Origin: a virus
Length of the DNA: 64,000 bases
Virus record (IMG/VR): IMGVR_UViG_3300028392_000034
Span: 1-64,000 of that record
Strand: one strand, 5' to 3'
Below the pieces are notes generated by a model. That model saw only the letters and a program-made list of their open reading frames with translations, made no database searches and was not told where the DNA came from. Both the position numbers and the translations under genes were made by a program. This document shows, one piece after another, positions 10,059 through 19,006 of this stretch; the first letter of the stretch is position 1, and each line of letters begins with the position of its first letter.

Positions 10059-11063
10059 ATGGCATCATTAGCAGACATCCGTGCGAGACTCGCACAATCA
10101 GAAGGTAACAAACAAGGCGGCAACTCCACCGGTGGCGATAATGCAATTTATCCACACTGGAACATGGAAGAAGGCGCAAGCGCAACACTCCGATTCCTCC
10201 CAGACGGCAACACCAAGAACACATTCTTTTGGCAAGAACGAGCAATGATTCGTTTGCCATTCAATGGCGTCAAAGGTGAAATGGAATCCAAACAAGTATA
10301 TGTGCAAGTCCCTTGCGTGGAAATGTGGCAAGAAACTTGTCCTGTGCTGACAGAAGTTCGCACTTGGTTCAAGGACAAGAGCCTTGAAGAAATGGGTCGT
10401 AAGTATTGGAAAAAACGCAGTTACATTTTCCAAGGCTTTGTTCGTGAGAATCCACTAGGCGACGACAAGACTCCAGAAAATCCAATCCGTAGATTCATTA
10501 TTGGTCCACAAATCTTTACCACTATCAAGGGTGCATTGATGGATCCTGAGTTGGAAGAATTGCCAACAGACTACCTGCGTGGATTAGACTTCCGCATCAG
10601 CAAAGGTAGCAAAGGCGGCTTTGCTGACTACAACGGATCAAAGTGGGCTCGCAAAGAGACAGCACTCACTGAAGCCGAACAAGCAGCCATTGAAAAGCAT
10701 GGCCTGTTTGACTTGAGCACATTTATGCCCAAGAAGCCCGGTGAAGTTGAACTCAAGGTAATCAAAGAAATGTTTGAAGCAAGTGTTGATGGACAGAGTT
10801 ACGACACAGAACGTTGGGGTCAGTATTTCCGTCCAGCTGGTGTTAATGCTCCAGCAGGCAGTGCTACACCAGCGCCAGCAACAGCCGTTGTTGATGGACA
10901 CGGTGATGTTCACGAAGTTGAAGCCAAGTCAGCACCCGCAACAGCGGCATCAAGTGATTTTGATGATGAGCCAGCAGTGGCCAGTGCTCCAGTAGTGGCC
11001 AAGCCATCTTCAGACAAAGCTCAAGACATCTTGGCAATGATTAGGGCCCGTCAAAAAGCGTAA
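10059..11063 (+). CDS. Single-stranded DNA-binding protein (T4 gp32-like)
   Basis: LRFLPDGN, VPCVEMW..CPV, YWKKRSYIFQGFV, GLDFRISK..GFADY..SKW; low-complexity acidic tail. Confidence 0.9.
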   Translation: MASLADIRARLAQSEGNKQGGNSTGGDNAIYPHWNMEEGASATLRFLPDGNTKNTFFWQERAMIRLPFNGVKGEMESKQVYVQVPCVEMWQETCPVLTEVRTWFKDKSLEEMGRKYWKKRSYIFQGFVRENPLGDDKTPENPIRRFIIGPQIFTTIKGALMDPELEELPTDYLRGLDFRISKGSKGGFADYNGSKWARKETALTEAEQAAIEKHGLFDLSTFMPKKPGEVELKVIKEMFEASVDGQSYDTERWGQYFRPAGVNAPAGSATPAPATAVVDGHGDVHEVEAKSAPATAASSDFDDEPAVASAPVVAKPSSDKAQDILAMIRARQKA

Positions 11064-11066
11064 CAA

Positions 11067-11726
11067 ATGCTATCGCATTTAGATCGCGTTTTGTTTCCAG
11101 ACCGCTGTGAGGTAATTGAAATCATACCCTCACAGCGGTATGTCTATGTTATTTTTAAAAATGGACATACTAGTTTCTTTACGCCACAAAAAAAGAACAA
11201 CTGGCCAATACGTATCAATCAACAGATTCGACGAATCAACACAATTGATGTAATCATACGAAATCCTCAAGATCGATTAATTTCAGGAATCAACACATTT
11301 ATACAACACACCGTGAGAGATAATCCTGCGCTTGATCCGGTTACAGTAGAATGGTTCGCATTGAATTACATATCGTTGAATCGCCATTATGCTTCACAGT
11401 TTGTGTGGTTATTAAATTTAGCAAGGTATTTGAATCCCAATACCACGTTGAACTTGTTGCCAATGGCGGCCATCGGAGAACTCACAGGAAGAGATTCAAA
11501 GCCCGAAGGTGTGCTTCCGGCTAACACAGAACTAATAAAACGAATCTCATCAGTGAAAAACAACAACATGTATCAGCGTATCGATGCAGTGATATTTGAT
11601 TGTATTGGACAGTCGTTGACTTGGCAACAGTTATTACAACGGATAAAAACCGCTGATCCTACAGCATACGAGTATGTGATTGAGTATGCACAACAGATTT
11701 TAAATCCAACCTATGTATTGTCCTAG
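11067..11726 (+). CDS. Sulfotransferase-like protein (Sulfotransfer_2-like)
   Basis: YVIFKNGHTSF (5'PSB-like), IIRNPQDRLISG (3'PB-like), NRHYASQ. Confidence 0.55.
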   Translation: MLSHLDRVLFPDRCEVIEIIPSQRYVYVIFKNGHTSFFTPQKKNNWPIRINQQIRRINTIDVIIRNPQDRLISGINTFIQHTVRDNPALDPVTVEWFALNYISLNRHYASQFVWLLNLARYLNPNTTLNLLPMAAIGELTGRDSKPEGVLPANTELIKRISSVKNNNMYQRIDAVIFDCIGQSLTWQQLLQRIKTADPTAYEYVIEYAQQILNPTYVLS

Positions 11727-12588
11727 ACTAGATCATTTTGTTCGTTTCAACAGCAACGGCACAGTTAGTCGCTGTGGACACATGGTCAACGCACCAGAAT
11801 TTGCCACGCTTGAAGCAATGGAATCCAGTGAGTGGCTGGTCAATACCAAACATTTGATGAGTAGTGGACAATGGCCTGACGAATGTATACGTTGTGAAGA
11901 AACTGAACCTGACAGCATACGAGCGTATGCAACAGAGTTAGACCATCAAACTGAACAGAAAGATTATTTACAAGTAGGTGGTGTGTTGGACAATCTGTGC
12001 AATGCCGCTTGCCAAACATGCAATCAAAATCTCAGCAGTAGAATCGGCAGCTTAGCCGGACCTGTATTTCCAATTATCAATAATACGGATCAATTCTGGC
12101 AATTGCCACAAGAACGAATTATGCATTTAGATATCAATGGCGGCGAGCCCAGTTATAGTAAAAACTATAAACGACTGTTGAAAAATTTGCCACCTAATTT
12201 AAAAACGCTCAGATTAAATACAAATTGTAGCACAGTATTAACTGAACTAGTTGATATAGCCCGCAGTGGCATCGAAGTTACAGTCACAGTAAGTTGTGAC
12301 GGCATCGGCACAGTGCATGACTTTGTGCGCTGGCCTATACCTTGGCAAGATTTTTATCGTAATTTAATGACCTATAAAACAATGCCAGTCACATTGAATT
12401 TGTGGACAACAGTCAGTGTGTTGAATGTAGATGACTTGCCCAACATTCAAAAATTTGCCTTAGAGCACAGCATTGATCACAGTTATGCTTACTTAAAAAC
12501 GCCCGTTGAGTTGAGTGTTGATAATACTGACATTCCTGCTAGAGATGCATATATAGCAAAACAAAAACAACTAAGAGGCATAGTATGA
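11713..12588 (+). CDS. Radical SAM protein with N-terminal twitch-like domain
   Basis: CNAACQTC and NGGEP; N-terminal CPRL..G.VSRC..CIRC. Confidence 0.85.
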   Translation: MYCPRLDHFVRFNSNGTVSRCGHMVNAPEFATLEAMESSEWLVNTKHLMSSGQWPDECIRCEETEPDSIRAYATELDHQTEQKDYLQVGGVLDNLCNAACQTCNQNLSSRIGSLAGPVFPIINNTDQFWQLPQERIMHLDINGGEPSYSKNYKRLLKNLPPNLKTLRLNTNCSTVLTELVDIARSGIEVTVTVSCDGIGTVHDFVRWPIPWQDFYRNLMTYKTMPVTLNLWTTVSVLNVDDLPNIQKFALEHSIDHSYAYLKTPVELSVDNTDIPARDAYIAKQKQLRGIV

Positions 12589-13124
12589 AAATAGCAATCA
12601 CTGGTCACACCGCCGGCATAGGTCAAGCTCTTGCTGAAGAATATCAACTCATGGGTTATGAAATTGTAGGTCTTAGTCAACGTGACGGCAACAATATTCG
12701 CAACACCGTTAAGATTTGTGATCAAATTGAACCGTGTGATGTTTTTGTTAACAACGCACAAGCCGGATATGCACAGACCGAGTTGTTGTTTGAAATGGCA
12801 CAACGCTGGTCGGGCACCGGCAAACAGATTATTGTGATCAGCACAATGATGACTCAAGAACCTGTGTCGTCGTTGACTGGACTAGACATGGATCATTATC
12901 GTTTGCAAAAAGTTACATTAGAAGAAGCTGTGCGTCAAATACGACATCGTCGACTCAAAGTAAAGATCGTAGTAGTTCGTCCTGGTAACATTGCCACAAA
13001 CTTGGATAAAACAGTGCCACCTGCCGCCGATGTCGATAACTGGGCTAAAACCTTATTGGGTCTATTAGATATGGCCGCAAAAAACAATCTTAGAATTCCA
13101 GATATTTCTTTAGGACCGGTATGA
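12585..13124 (+). CDS. Short-chain dehydrogenase/reductase
   Basis: ITGHTAGIG Rossmann motif, VNNA, catalytic YRLQK (YxxxK), RPG. Confidence 0.85.
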   Translation: MKIAITGHTAGIGQALAEEYQLMGYEIVGLSQRDGNNIRNTVKICDQIEPCDVFVNNAQAGYAQTELLFEMAQRWSGTGKQIIVISTMMTQEPVSSLTGLDMDHYRLQKVTLEEAVRQIRHRRLKVKIVVVRPGNIATNLDKTVPPAADVDNWAKTLLGLLDMAAKNNLRIPDISLGPV

Positions 13125-14275
13125 CCCCCAAAGATATATTAACCAACAAGAATTTTTGCCCAATGCCATGGACTGGGTTGATGTATAACGTTGATGGCAA
13201 AGTAAAAAATTGTATTCGCAGTGATTTTACAACCGGTGGTCTAGGCAATATCAAAGACAACACCATTGAAGAAATACTGTTAGGACCTGTCAATGTTACC
13301 AAACAAACTAATATAATCAATAACCAGCCGGCTGCTGGCTGTCATACTTGTTACGATTTAGAACATGGTAAAGAAGGTTTTGATATTATCAGTGATAGAA
13401 TTTTCTACATACGAGAATTCAAACAAACCCCATTGGATACTTATCGACCCAATAATTTTAATCTACAAACCATTGATGTTCGGTGGACCAATTTGTGTAA
13501 TCTTGCTTGTGTATATTGTGGCCCTGTGTTTAGTAGTCGTTGGGCAGACGAATTGGGTAAAAAAATATCACAACCAACCGAACAACAGCAACAGGATTTC
13601 AGAGACTACATTTATCAACACGCCAAGAATCTCAAACATGTATACCTAGCCGGTGGCGAACCCTTGTTGATGAAGGAAAATTTAAAACTACTTCGAGAAT
13701 TAAACCCAGACGTTAATCTTAGGATAAACACAAATCTTAGCAAGGTTGATACAGGAGTGTTTGATGCAGTATGCCAATTCAAAAATGTTCATTGGACAGT
13801 GAGTGCAGAAACCATAGAAGATGAATTTGAATACATACGATTCGGCGGTAAGTGGCAGGATTTTTTAGACAATCTAAACACAATTAGAAAACTTGACCAT
13901 AAGATAAGTTTCAACATGCTATGGTTTCTTTTAAATTATGACTCGGTATTTGGATATGTAGACTACCTTAAAGGTCTAGGATTCCATAATAATAGTTTTG
14001 TCATTGGTGCGTTACTCACTCCTGATTACCTAAATATTAGACATTTACCAGAAAATGTGTTAAACTCGTTAAAGTTAAAATTACAATCAAAGATCAACGA
14101 AAATCCAGGGTACCTACTTGAAGATAGTTATCGGAATATGTTGCATTACATTGAGCAACCAATTGAGAAGAATTTAACAAATTCATTTGAACAATTGGCA
14201 ACAATGGATCAACGGCGTGGAGTAGACAGCAGTAAAATTTTTACAGAATTATACAAACTTAAAGAAGGAAAGTAA
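13121..14275 (+). CDS. Radical SAM protein with N-terminal SPASM/twitch-like domain
   Basis: CNLACVYC and AGGEP; N-terminal CPMPW..G.VKNC..CHTC. Confidence 0.85.
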   Translation: MTPKDILTNKNFCPMPWTGLMYNVDGKVKNCIRSDFTTGGLGNIKDNTIEEILLGPVNVTKQTNIINNQPAAGCHTCYDLEHGKEGFDIISDRIFYIREFKQTPLDTYRPNNFNLQTIDVRWTNLCNLACVYCGPVFSSRWADELGKKISQPTEQQQQDFRDYIYQHAKNLKHVYLAGGEPLLMKENLKLLRELNPDVNLRINTNLSKVDTGVFDAVCQFKNVHWTVSAETIEDEFEYIRFGGKWQDFLDNLNTIRKLDHKISFNMLWFLLNYDSVFGYVDYLKGLGFHNNSFVIGALLTPDYLNIRHLPENVLNSLKLKLQSKINENPGYLLEDSYRNMLHYIEQPIEKNLTNSFEQLATMDQRRGVDSSKIFTELYKLKEGK

Positions 14276-14277
14276 TC

Positions 14278-15336
14278 ATGGCAAAACCATTTGATATAAG
14301 CAAGTTCCGCAAGGACATCACCAAAAGCATTGAAGGCCTAAGTATTGGTTTCAATGATCCAACTGATTGGATCTCAACAGGCAATTTTGCCTTGAACTAT
14401 CTTATCAGTGGAGACTTTAATCGAGGTATTCCACTGGGCAAGATTACAGTATTTGCCGGTGAGTCTGGTGCAGGAAAAAGCTATATTTGTTCAGGCAACA
14501 TTGTTAAGAACGCACAAGAGCAAGGTATCTTTGTCATCTTGGTTGATACAGAAAACGCACTAGACGAAACATGGCTACATGCGCTTGGTGTAGATACCGG
14601 TGCAGACAAGTTACTTAAATTAAACATGAGTATGATTGATGACGTTGCCAAGGCTATTTCAACATTCATGATTGATTACAAAGCTCTACCAGATGGTGAG
14701 CGCATGAAGGTATTATGGGTTATCGACTCATTGGGCATGTTGTTGACTCCAACTGATGTGAATCAATTTGAAGCCGGTGACATGAAAGGTGATATGGGTC
14801 GTAAGCCCAAAGCACTAACAAGTCTTGTTCGTAATTCAGTCAACATGTTTGGTGGCTTCAATGTTGGAATGGTTTGTACGAATCACACCTACGCAAGCCA
14901 GGATATGTTTGACCCAGATGATAAGATTTCAGGTGGCCAAGGCTTTATCTATGCATCAAGTATTGTTGTTGCTATGAAGAAAATGAAACTCAAAGAAGAT
15001 GAAGAAGGTAACAAAATCTCTGAAGTAATGGGTATCCGTGCTGGATGTAAGGTAATGAAAACTCGTTATGCTAAACCATTTGAAGGTATGCAGGTTAAGA
15101 TTCCGTATGAAACAGGCATGAACCCTTATAGTGGATTGACTGATCTAGCAGAGAAAAAAGGTATACTTAAGAAAGATGGCAATCGTTTGATGTTTGTTAC
15201 CAGCGAAGGTGAGATAATTAAACAGTTCCGTAAGGCTTGGGAATCCAACGAAGATGGTTGCTTGGACAAAGTAATGACAGATTTTAAAAATCAGAAAGAA
15301 ACAGTAACCACTGAAGAAACCGCAACGGAGGAATAA
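14278..15336 (+). CDS. uvsX: RecA-like recombinase UvsX
   Basis: GESGAGKS Walker A, DTENA, VIDSLG, TNHTY, SGG.GFIYASS, KTRYAKPF. Confidence 0.92.
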   Translation: MAKPFDISKFRKDITKSIEGLSIGFNDPTDWISTGNFALNYLISGDFNRGIPLGKITVFAGESGAGKSYICSGNIVKNAQEQGIFVILVDTENALDETWLHALGVDTGADKLLKLNMSMIDDVAKAISTFMIDYKALPDGERMKVLWVIDSLGMLLTPTDVNQFEAGDMKGDMGRKPKALTSLVRNSVNMFGGFNVGMVCTNHTYASQDMFDPDDKISGGQGFIYASSIVVAMKKMKLKEDEEGNKISEVMGIRAGCKVMKTRYAKPFEGMQVKIPYETGMNPYSGLTDLAEKKGILKKDGNRLMFVTSEGEIIKQFRKAWESNEDGCLDKVMTDFKNQKETVTTEETATEE

Positions 15337-15338
15337 CA

Positions 15339-15596
15339 ATGACAGTTGAATTAGCAAATGAAATTTGGTCAGAACTTAAAAGATATGTCAACACAGTAGA
15401 TCGTGATGAAGCGGCAGAAACATTGGTATCGGTCCTAATTGACAACGATGTCAGTGCCGACGAGATCAAAGCAGTTTTTAAAACCGACAGTGACGTTAAA
15501 AAAGCATTGACCAGTTACCTCAAAGAGCATGATGAAATTGAAGAGGAAGAAGTCGACGACGAAGATTACGACGAAGACGAAGACTGGGAAAACTAA
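15339..15596 (+). CDS. Hypothetical protein with acidic C-terminus
   Basis: GGAGG SD; 85 aa; D/E-rich tail. Confidence 0.7.
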   Translation: MTVELANEIWSELKRYVNTVDRDEAAETLVSVLIDNDVSADEIKAVFKTDSDVKKALTSYLKEHDEIEEEEVDDEDYDEDEDWEN

Positions 15597-16048
15597 TGTG
15601 GTATAGCAAAGTTGTAGCGGATCTAGGTAATATTCCAGATTTTATCACACATTACGAACACGAACTTGACGAAGCCAAACGCGACTGTCGAGTTGGTGGA
15701 CTTGTTGAAAAAAATATTACAGCTTTGCCAGGCCTTACAGAACATAGGTTTAACCAGTTGCAAGAAGTTGAAGCAGTGTTAAATTACCTCAATATACAAC
15801 TACGCAAAATACGACGCAAGCACTTTCAAAAATATCTTGAAGGGTACGCTCGAGCATTGACAAGTCGTGATGCTGAAAAGTATGTTGATGGCGAAGACGA
15901 AGTCATTGAATTTGAAACCTTAATCAACGAAGTTGCACTGTTACGTAATCGATACTTGGGCATTCTTAAAGGAATGGAAAGTAAGAACTTTATGCTGGGA
16001 CACATTGTGAGATTACGAGCCGCCGGTATGGAGGATGTTCAAGTATAA
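15596..16048 (+). CDS. uvsY: Recombination mediator, UvsY-like
   Basis: Helical 150-aa protein near uvsX with KYLEGY..LTSRDAEKYVDGE pattern. Confidence 0.65.
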   Translation: MWYSKVVADLGNIPDFITHYEHELDEAKRDCRVGGLVEKNITALPGLTEHRFNQLQEVEAVLNYLNIQLRKIRRKHFQKYLEGYARALTSRDAEKYVDGEDEVIEFETLINEVALLRNRYLGILKGMESKNFMLGHIVRLRAAGMEDVQV

Positions 16049-16794
16049 TGTTTGCACATCCTGGCGACAGCCATCAACACAGTCTTGAAACACTACGTCA
16101 GTTGTATGAGTATGATGATTTCATGCTGAGTATACGCAACATGATTGATCTTGGATGTGGCTCTGGTGACGATTTGGTATGGTGGGCGACCCGAACAACT
16201 CGCGACGATCCCCAGCCGCTGAACATCAAATGTCACGGCATTGATCTAGGTGGAAACTCATTGGTTGTTAACGAACATGAAAATATTACCTATCAACAGT
16301 GTAATTTTGAAGATACATTAACTGTTCCAGATGGTGGATTTGATATACTATGGTGCCACGATGCATTTCAGTATGCTGTTAACCCAATACAAACTCTCAG
16401 CAATTGGTGGCATATTGCCAGCCCAGGCGGTATGCTGTCACTGACTGTACCAGTGACTCAACAAATACATCGTCGACAACTTAGTTATGTGTTGCCCAAT
16501 GGACATTACTATCATTACACCATGGTCAGTCTCATGTATATGTTGGCCACAGCCGGATGGGATTGTGGTGCTGGGTTTTTTAAACAAACACTCACTGAGC
16601 CGTGGATACATGCGGTGGTTTATAAAAGTGCTCAACCTCCTCAAAACCCACGTGATATCAATTGGAACACATTGGTAGAGCTTAATCTTTTACCCCAGTC
16701 TGCTGTAAAAAGCATTTATGCTCACAGTGCTTTAAGACAACAAGATTTAGTTATTCCTTGGATTGACGGCAGTTTATTGAGCATGGCCGTTTAA
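16048..16794 (+). CDS. Class I SAM-dependent methyltransferase
   Basis: MIDLGCGSG motif I, FDILWCHD, SPGGML. Confidence 0.8.
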   Translation: MFAHPGDSHQHSLETLRQLYEYDDFMLSIRNMIDLGCGSGDDLVWWATRTTRDDPQPLNIKCHGIDLGGNSLVVNEHENITYQQCNFEDTLTVPDGGFDILWCHDAFQYAVNPIQTLSNWWHIASPGGMLSLTVPVTQQIHRRQLSYVLPNGHYYHYTMVSLMYMLATAGWDCGAGFFKQTLTEPWIHAVVYKSAQPPQNPRDINWNTLVELNLLPQSAVKSIYAHSALRQQDLVIPWIDGSLLSMAV

Positions 16795-16799
16795 CGGGC

Positions 16800-16807
16800 T
16801 ATAAATA
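16800..16807 (+). promoter_or_regulatory. T4 late promoter TATAAATA
   Basis: Exact consensus; ATG follows 6 nt after the last base. Confidence 0.7.
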
Positions 16808-16812
16808 TTTGC

Positions 16813-17574
16813 ATGAAAAAAATAGTAATAGTAAGCGGCGGATTTGATCCGGTACATTCGGGACACATTAAACTGATAAAGGAAGCCCGTTTATTGGGTG
16901 ATATGTTGATCGTAGGAATCAACAGTGACGAGTGGCTGACTCGCAAAAAAGGTCGCGCCTTTATGCCGTGGAACGAAAGACTGTGCGTATTAAACAACTT
17001 ATCTTCAGTAGATGAAGTATATACTTTTGACGACGAAGACGGAACTGCTTGTCATTTGCTACGTCAAGTTCGAGCACATTATCCTGATGATAAAATTATT
17101 TTTGCAAACGGTGGTGATCGCACACACTCAAATATTCCAGAAATGGACGCCGATGATGATAATTTAGCATTTGCATTTGGTGTTGGCGGAGTTGACAAAG
17201 CAAATAGTAGTAGTTGGATTTTGGAAGAATGGAAAGCACCTAAGGCACTACGCCCATGGGGCTATTACCGGGTATTACATGATGTACCTGGTACCAAAGT
17301 CAAAGAACTTACTGTTATGCCTGGCCAGCGTCTTAGTATGCAACGCCACCAAGATCGAGCCGAACATTGGCATGTTTCTGAAGGTACAGCCACAGTTTAC
17401 AGCATAAATAGAAAAAGCGATCCAGAGTTGGTGGGTATCTTTGAAATACACAAACATATACATATCAATTGTAACGAATGGCATCAGTTGTGCAATGAAA
17501 CTGACGCTCCGTTAAAAATTGTAGAAATACAATACGGTGACAATTGCGTTGAAGAAGATATCGAACGCCGATAA
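16813..17574 (+). CDS. Cytidylyl/adenylyltransferase (HIGH family) fused to a mannose-6-phosphate isomerase type II cupin
   Basis: SGGFDPVHSGH, NSDEWL.RKKG, FANGGDR, SSS; then RPWGYY, LSMQRH..RAEHW, EIQYG..EEDIER. Confidence 0.85.
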   Translation: MKKIVIVSGGFDPVHSGHIKLIKEARLLGDMLIVGINSDEWLTRKKGRAFMPWNERLCVLNNLSSVDEVYTFDDEDGTACHLLRQVRAHYPDDKIIFANGGDRTHSNIPEMDADDDNLAFAFGVGGVDKANSSSWILEEWKAPKALRPWGYYRVLHDVPGTKVKELTVMPGQRLSMQRHQDRAEHWHVSEGTATVYSINRKSDPELVGIFEIHKHIHINCNEWHQLCNETDAPLKIVEIQYGDNCVEEDIERR

Positions 17575-17611
17575 CAGCTCGATAAATAATCGTAATTAGG
17601 AGAAGGATAAA

Positions 17612-18094
17612 ATGGTAAACAGAACTGTAAAAGCATTAGGATGGGGCTCGGGCACAGCTGAAATAACTGCGATCCTAGATGGATTAACTGTATTCTCTGG
17701 TCCAGTTGAGTTGGTAGAAAAGACCAACGATAATGAAAGTGAGCAAACATCACCTGTATTATTTTCTTTTGAAATTCCATTGGATTTTACCGGAACTAAA
17801 CATATGACGATTTCTGTAAAAGGAAACACAGTGGAATTTGGCCAAATTGTAGCAAATTACACCGAGCTACATATGGACACAGTAACATTCAGTACCGGTC
17901 CAGATGACTATGTGGACATTGCCGAAGACGACGACAATGGTGTTAAAGATCCTCGCACCAATGTAACCATTGACGGTGTCAAGCAAACAGCTGACAGATT
18001 GTTAGGAAAAGGAACATGGCACTGGACAGTAGATCCTGGGTCAATACTGGAACACGATCTCACTGTATCTACTACTGGATTCAATGACGAATAA
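17612..18094 (+). CDS. Hypothetical protein, probably late/structural
   Basis: TAAATA upstream, strong SD, followed by a terminator. Confidence 0.6.
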   Translation: MVNRTVKALGWGSGTAEITAILDGLTVFSGPVELVEKTNDNESEQTSPVLFSFEIPLDFTGTKHMTISVKGNTVEFGQIVANYTELHMDTVTFSTGPDDYVDIAEDDDNGVKDPRTNVTIDGVKQTADRLLGKGTWHWTVDPGSILEHDLTVSTTGFNDE

Positions 18095-18118
18095 AGTTAG
18101 TCTGCACTAACCTACTAG

Positions 18119-18145
18119 AAACCCTTCATTTTGGAGGGTTTTTTT
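18119..18145 (+). terminator. Intrinsic terminator
   Basis: AAACCCTTC-ATTTT-GGAGGGTTT followed by a T run. Confidence 0.8.
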
Positions 18146-18149
18146 ATGG

Positions 18150-18178
18150 TTGACCCGAAATGACCCATTTGCTACAAT
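18150..18178 (+). promoter_or_regulatory. Early sigma70-type promoter
   Basis: TTGACC-17-TACAAT with extended -10 TG; spacer resembles those of the downstream repeated promoters. Confidence 0.75.
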
Positions 18179-18187
18179 TATACTATT

Positions 18188-18331
18188 ATGAAAGTCAAGC
18201 AAAATACCCGCAAAACTCGCGCTCATTGGGTGTTGTTTTCCTGCAACACCCCTTTTAAGCCCAAACAAGTTGAGCTTAAAACCCGTTATCAGCGCCAGCC
18301 CAAGCATAAAAAGAGTGCAGATTTTGGTTGA
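18188..18331 (+). CDS. Small basic protein, ArfA-like (not in ORF track)
   Basis: MKVKQNTRKTRAHWVLFSCNTPFKPKQVELKTRYQRQPKHKKSADFG, 47 aa, directly after a promoter. Confidence 0.55.
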   Translation: MKVKQNTRKTRAHWVLFSCNTPFKPKQVELKTRYQRQPKHKKSADFG

Positions 18332-18383
18332 CCTAAAATGGTCCATTTGCTATAATACTTGTATAGAAACTAAAAAGGAGCCC
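18328..18383 (+). repeat. Early promoter + RBS cassette, copy 1
   Basis: TTGACC-17-TATAATACTTGTATAGAAACTAAAAAGGAGCCC; the 30-mer at 18351-18380 is identical in four places. Confidence 0.9.
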
Positions 18384-18387
18384 AGAA

Positions 18388-18633
18388 ATGAGTAAGATTG
18401 CAGTTACAGTAGAGTTTTCAGAAAAAGAGTTTAAAAGCATTATTGAAGCGACTGGACTTGACATTACAAACGATGCCAAGTTTAAAAAGATCTTTAACAG
18501 CAAGGCATTTGCTAAAATGCTGGCTGCAGACTTGAAGCAAGTGTGGGAAGAAAACAACAGTGGCGAAGGCGACCTAGACTGCCTGTTAGAAAGTATTTTT
18601 GAAGATTGTGTTGGATTTGGCGAAAATGCTTGA
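18388..18633 (+). CDS. Early hypothetical protein (acidic)
   Basis: Follows cassette 1; its stop codon overlaps the next -35 box. Confidence 0.75.
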   Translation: MSKIAVTVEFSEKEFKSIIEATGLDITNDAKFKKIFNSKAFAKMLAADLKQVWEENNSGEGDLDCLLESIFEDCVGFGENA

Positions 18634-18685
18634 CCAGAAATGGTCCATTTGCTATAATACTTGTATAGAAACTAAAAAGGAGCCC
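18630..18685 (+). repeat. Early promoter + RBS cassette, copy 2
   Basis: TTGACC-17-TATAATACTTGTATAGAAACTAAAAAGGAGCCC. Confidence 0.9.
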
Positions 18686-18688
18686 AAA

Positions 18689-18940
18689 ATGCGCCACGTA
18701 GCAGGATTTAGTAACAGCACACGAATTCGTTTCGTCATTGACGGGTTTGGCATGTATGGTACAGTAAACGATATCTTTACAAAAACAGCCACAGTCACAC
18801 ATGGTGCCGCCCTGCGCCTTGCAATCCAAAAACTGGCTTACGATCGCCGTCACAGTAGTTTTACTGGTGAAGCCCGCCCAGTGGGGGTTGGTATCACCCA
18901 CGAGGGCATTGACGTTCAAATCACTTTAATGGCCAACTAA
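18689..18940 (+). CDS. Early hypothetical protein
   Basis: ATG after the cassette SD (MRHVAGFSNS...); start corrected from 18599. Confidence 0.75.
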   Translation: MRHVAGFSNSTRIRFVIDGFGMYGTVNDIFTKTATVTHGAALRLAIQKLAYDRRHSSFTGEARPVGVGITHEGIDVQITLMAN

Positions 18941-18942
18941 GG

Positions 18943-18971
18943 TTGACCATTAAATCCATTTAGTTTATAAT
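18943..18971 (+). promoter_or_regulatory. Early sigma70-type promoter
   Basis: TTGACC-17-TATAAT. Confidence 0.8.
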
Positions 18972-19006
18972 ATACACATATTAACAACATAGTTAAGGAG
19001 CTAAAA

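Noticed and set aside
18328-18685. Repeated 30-55 bp sequences as a CRISPR array
   Set aside because: The repeats are -35/-10/SD elements separated by whole genes of several hundred bp, and no cas genes are present.
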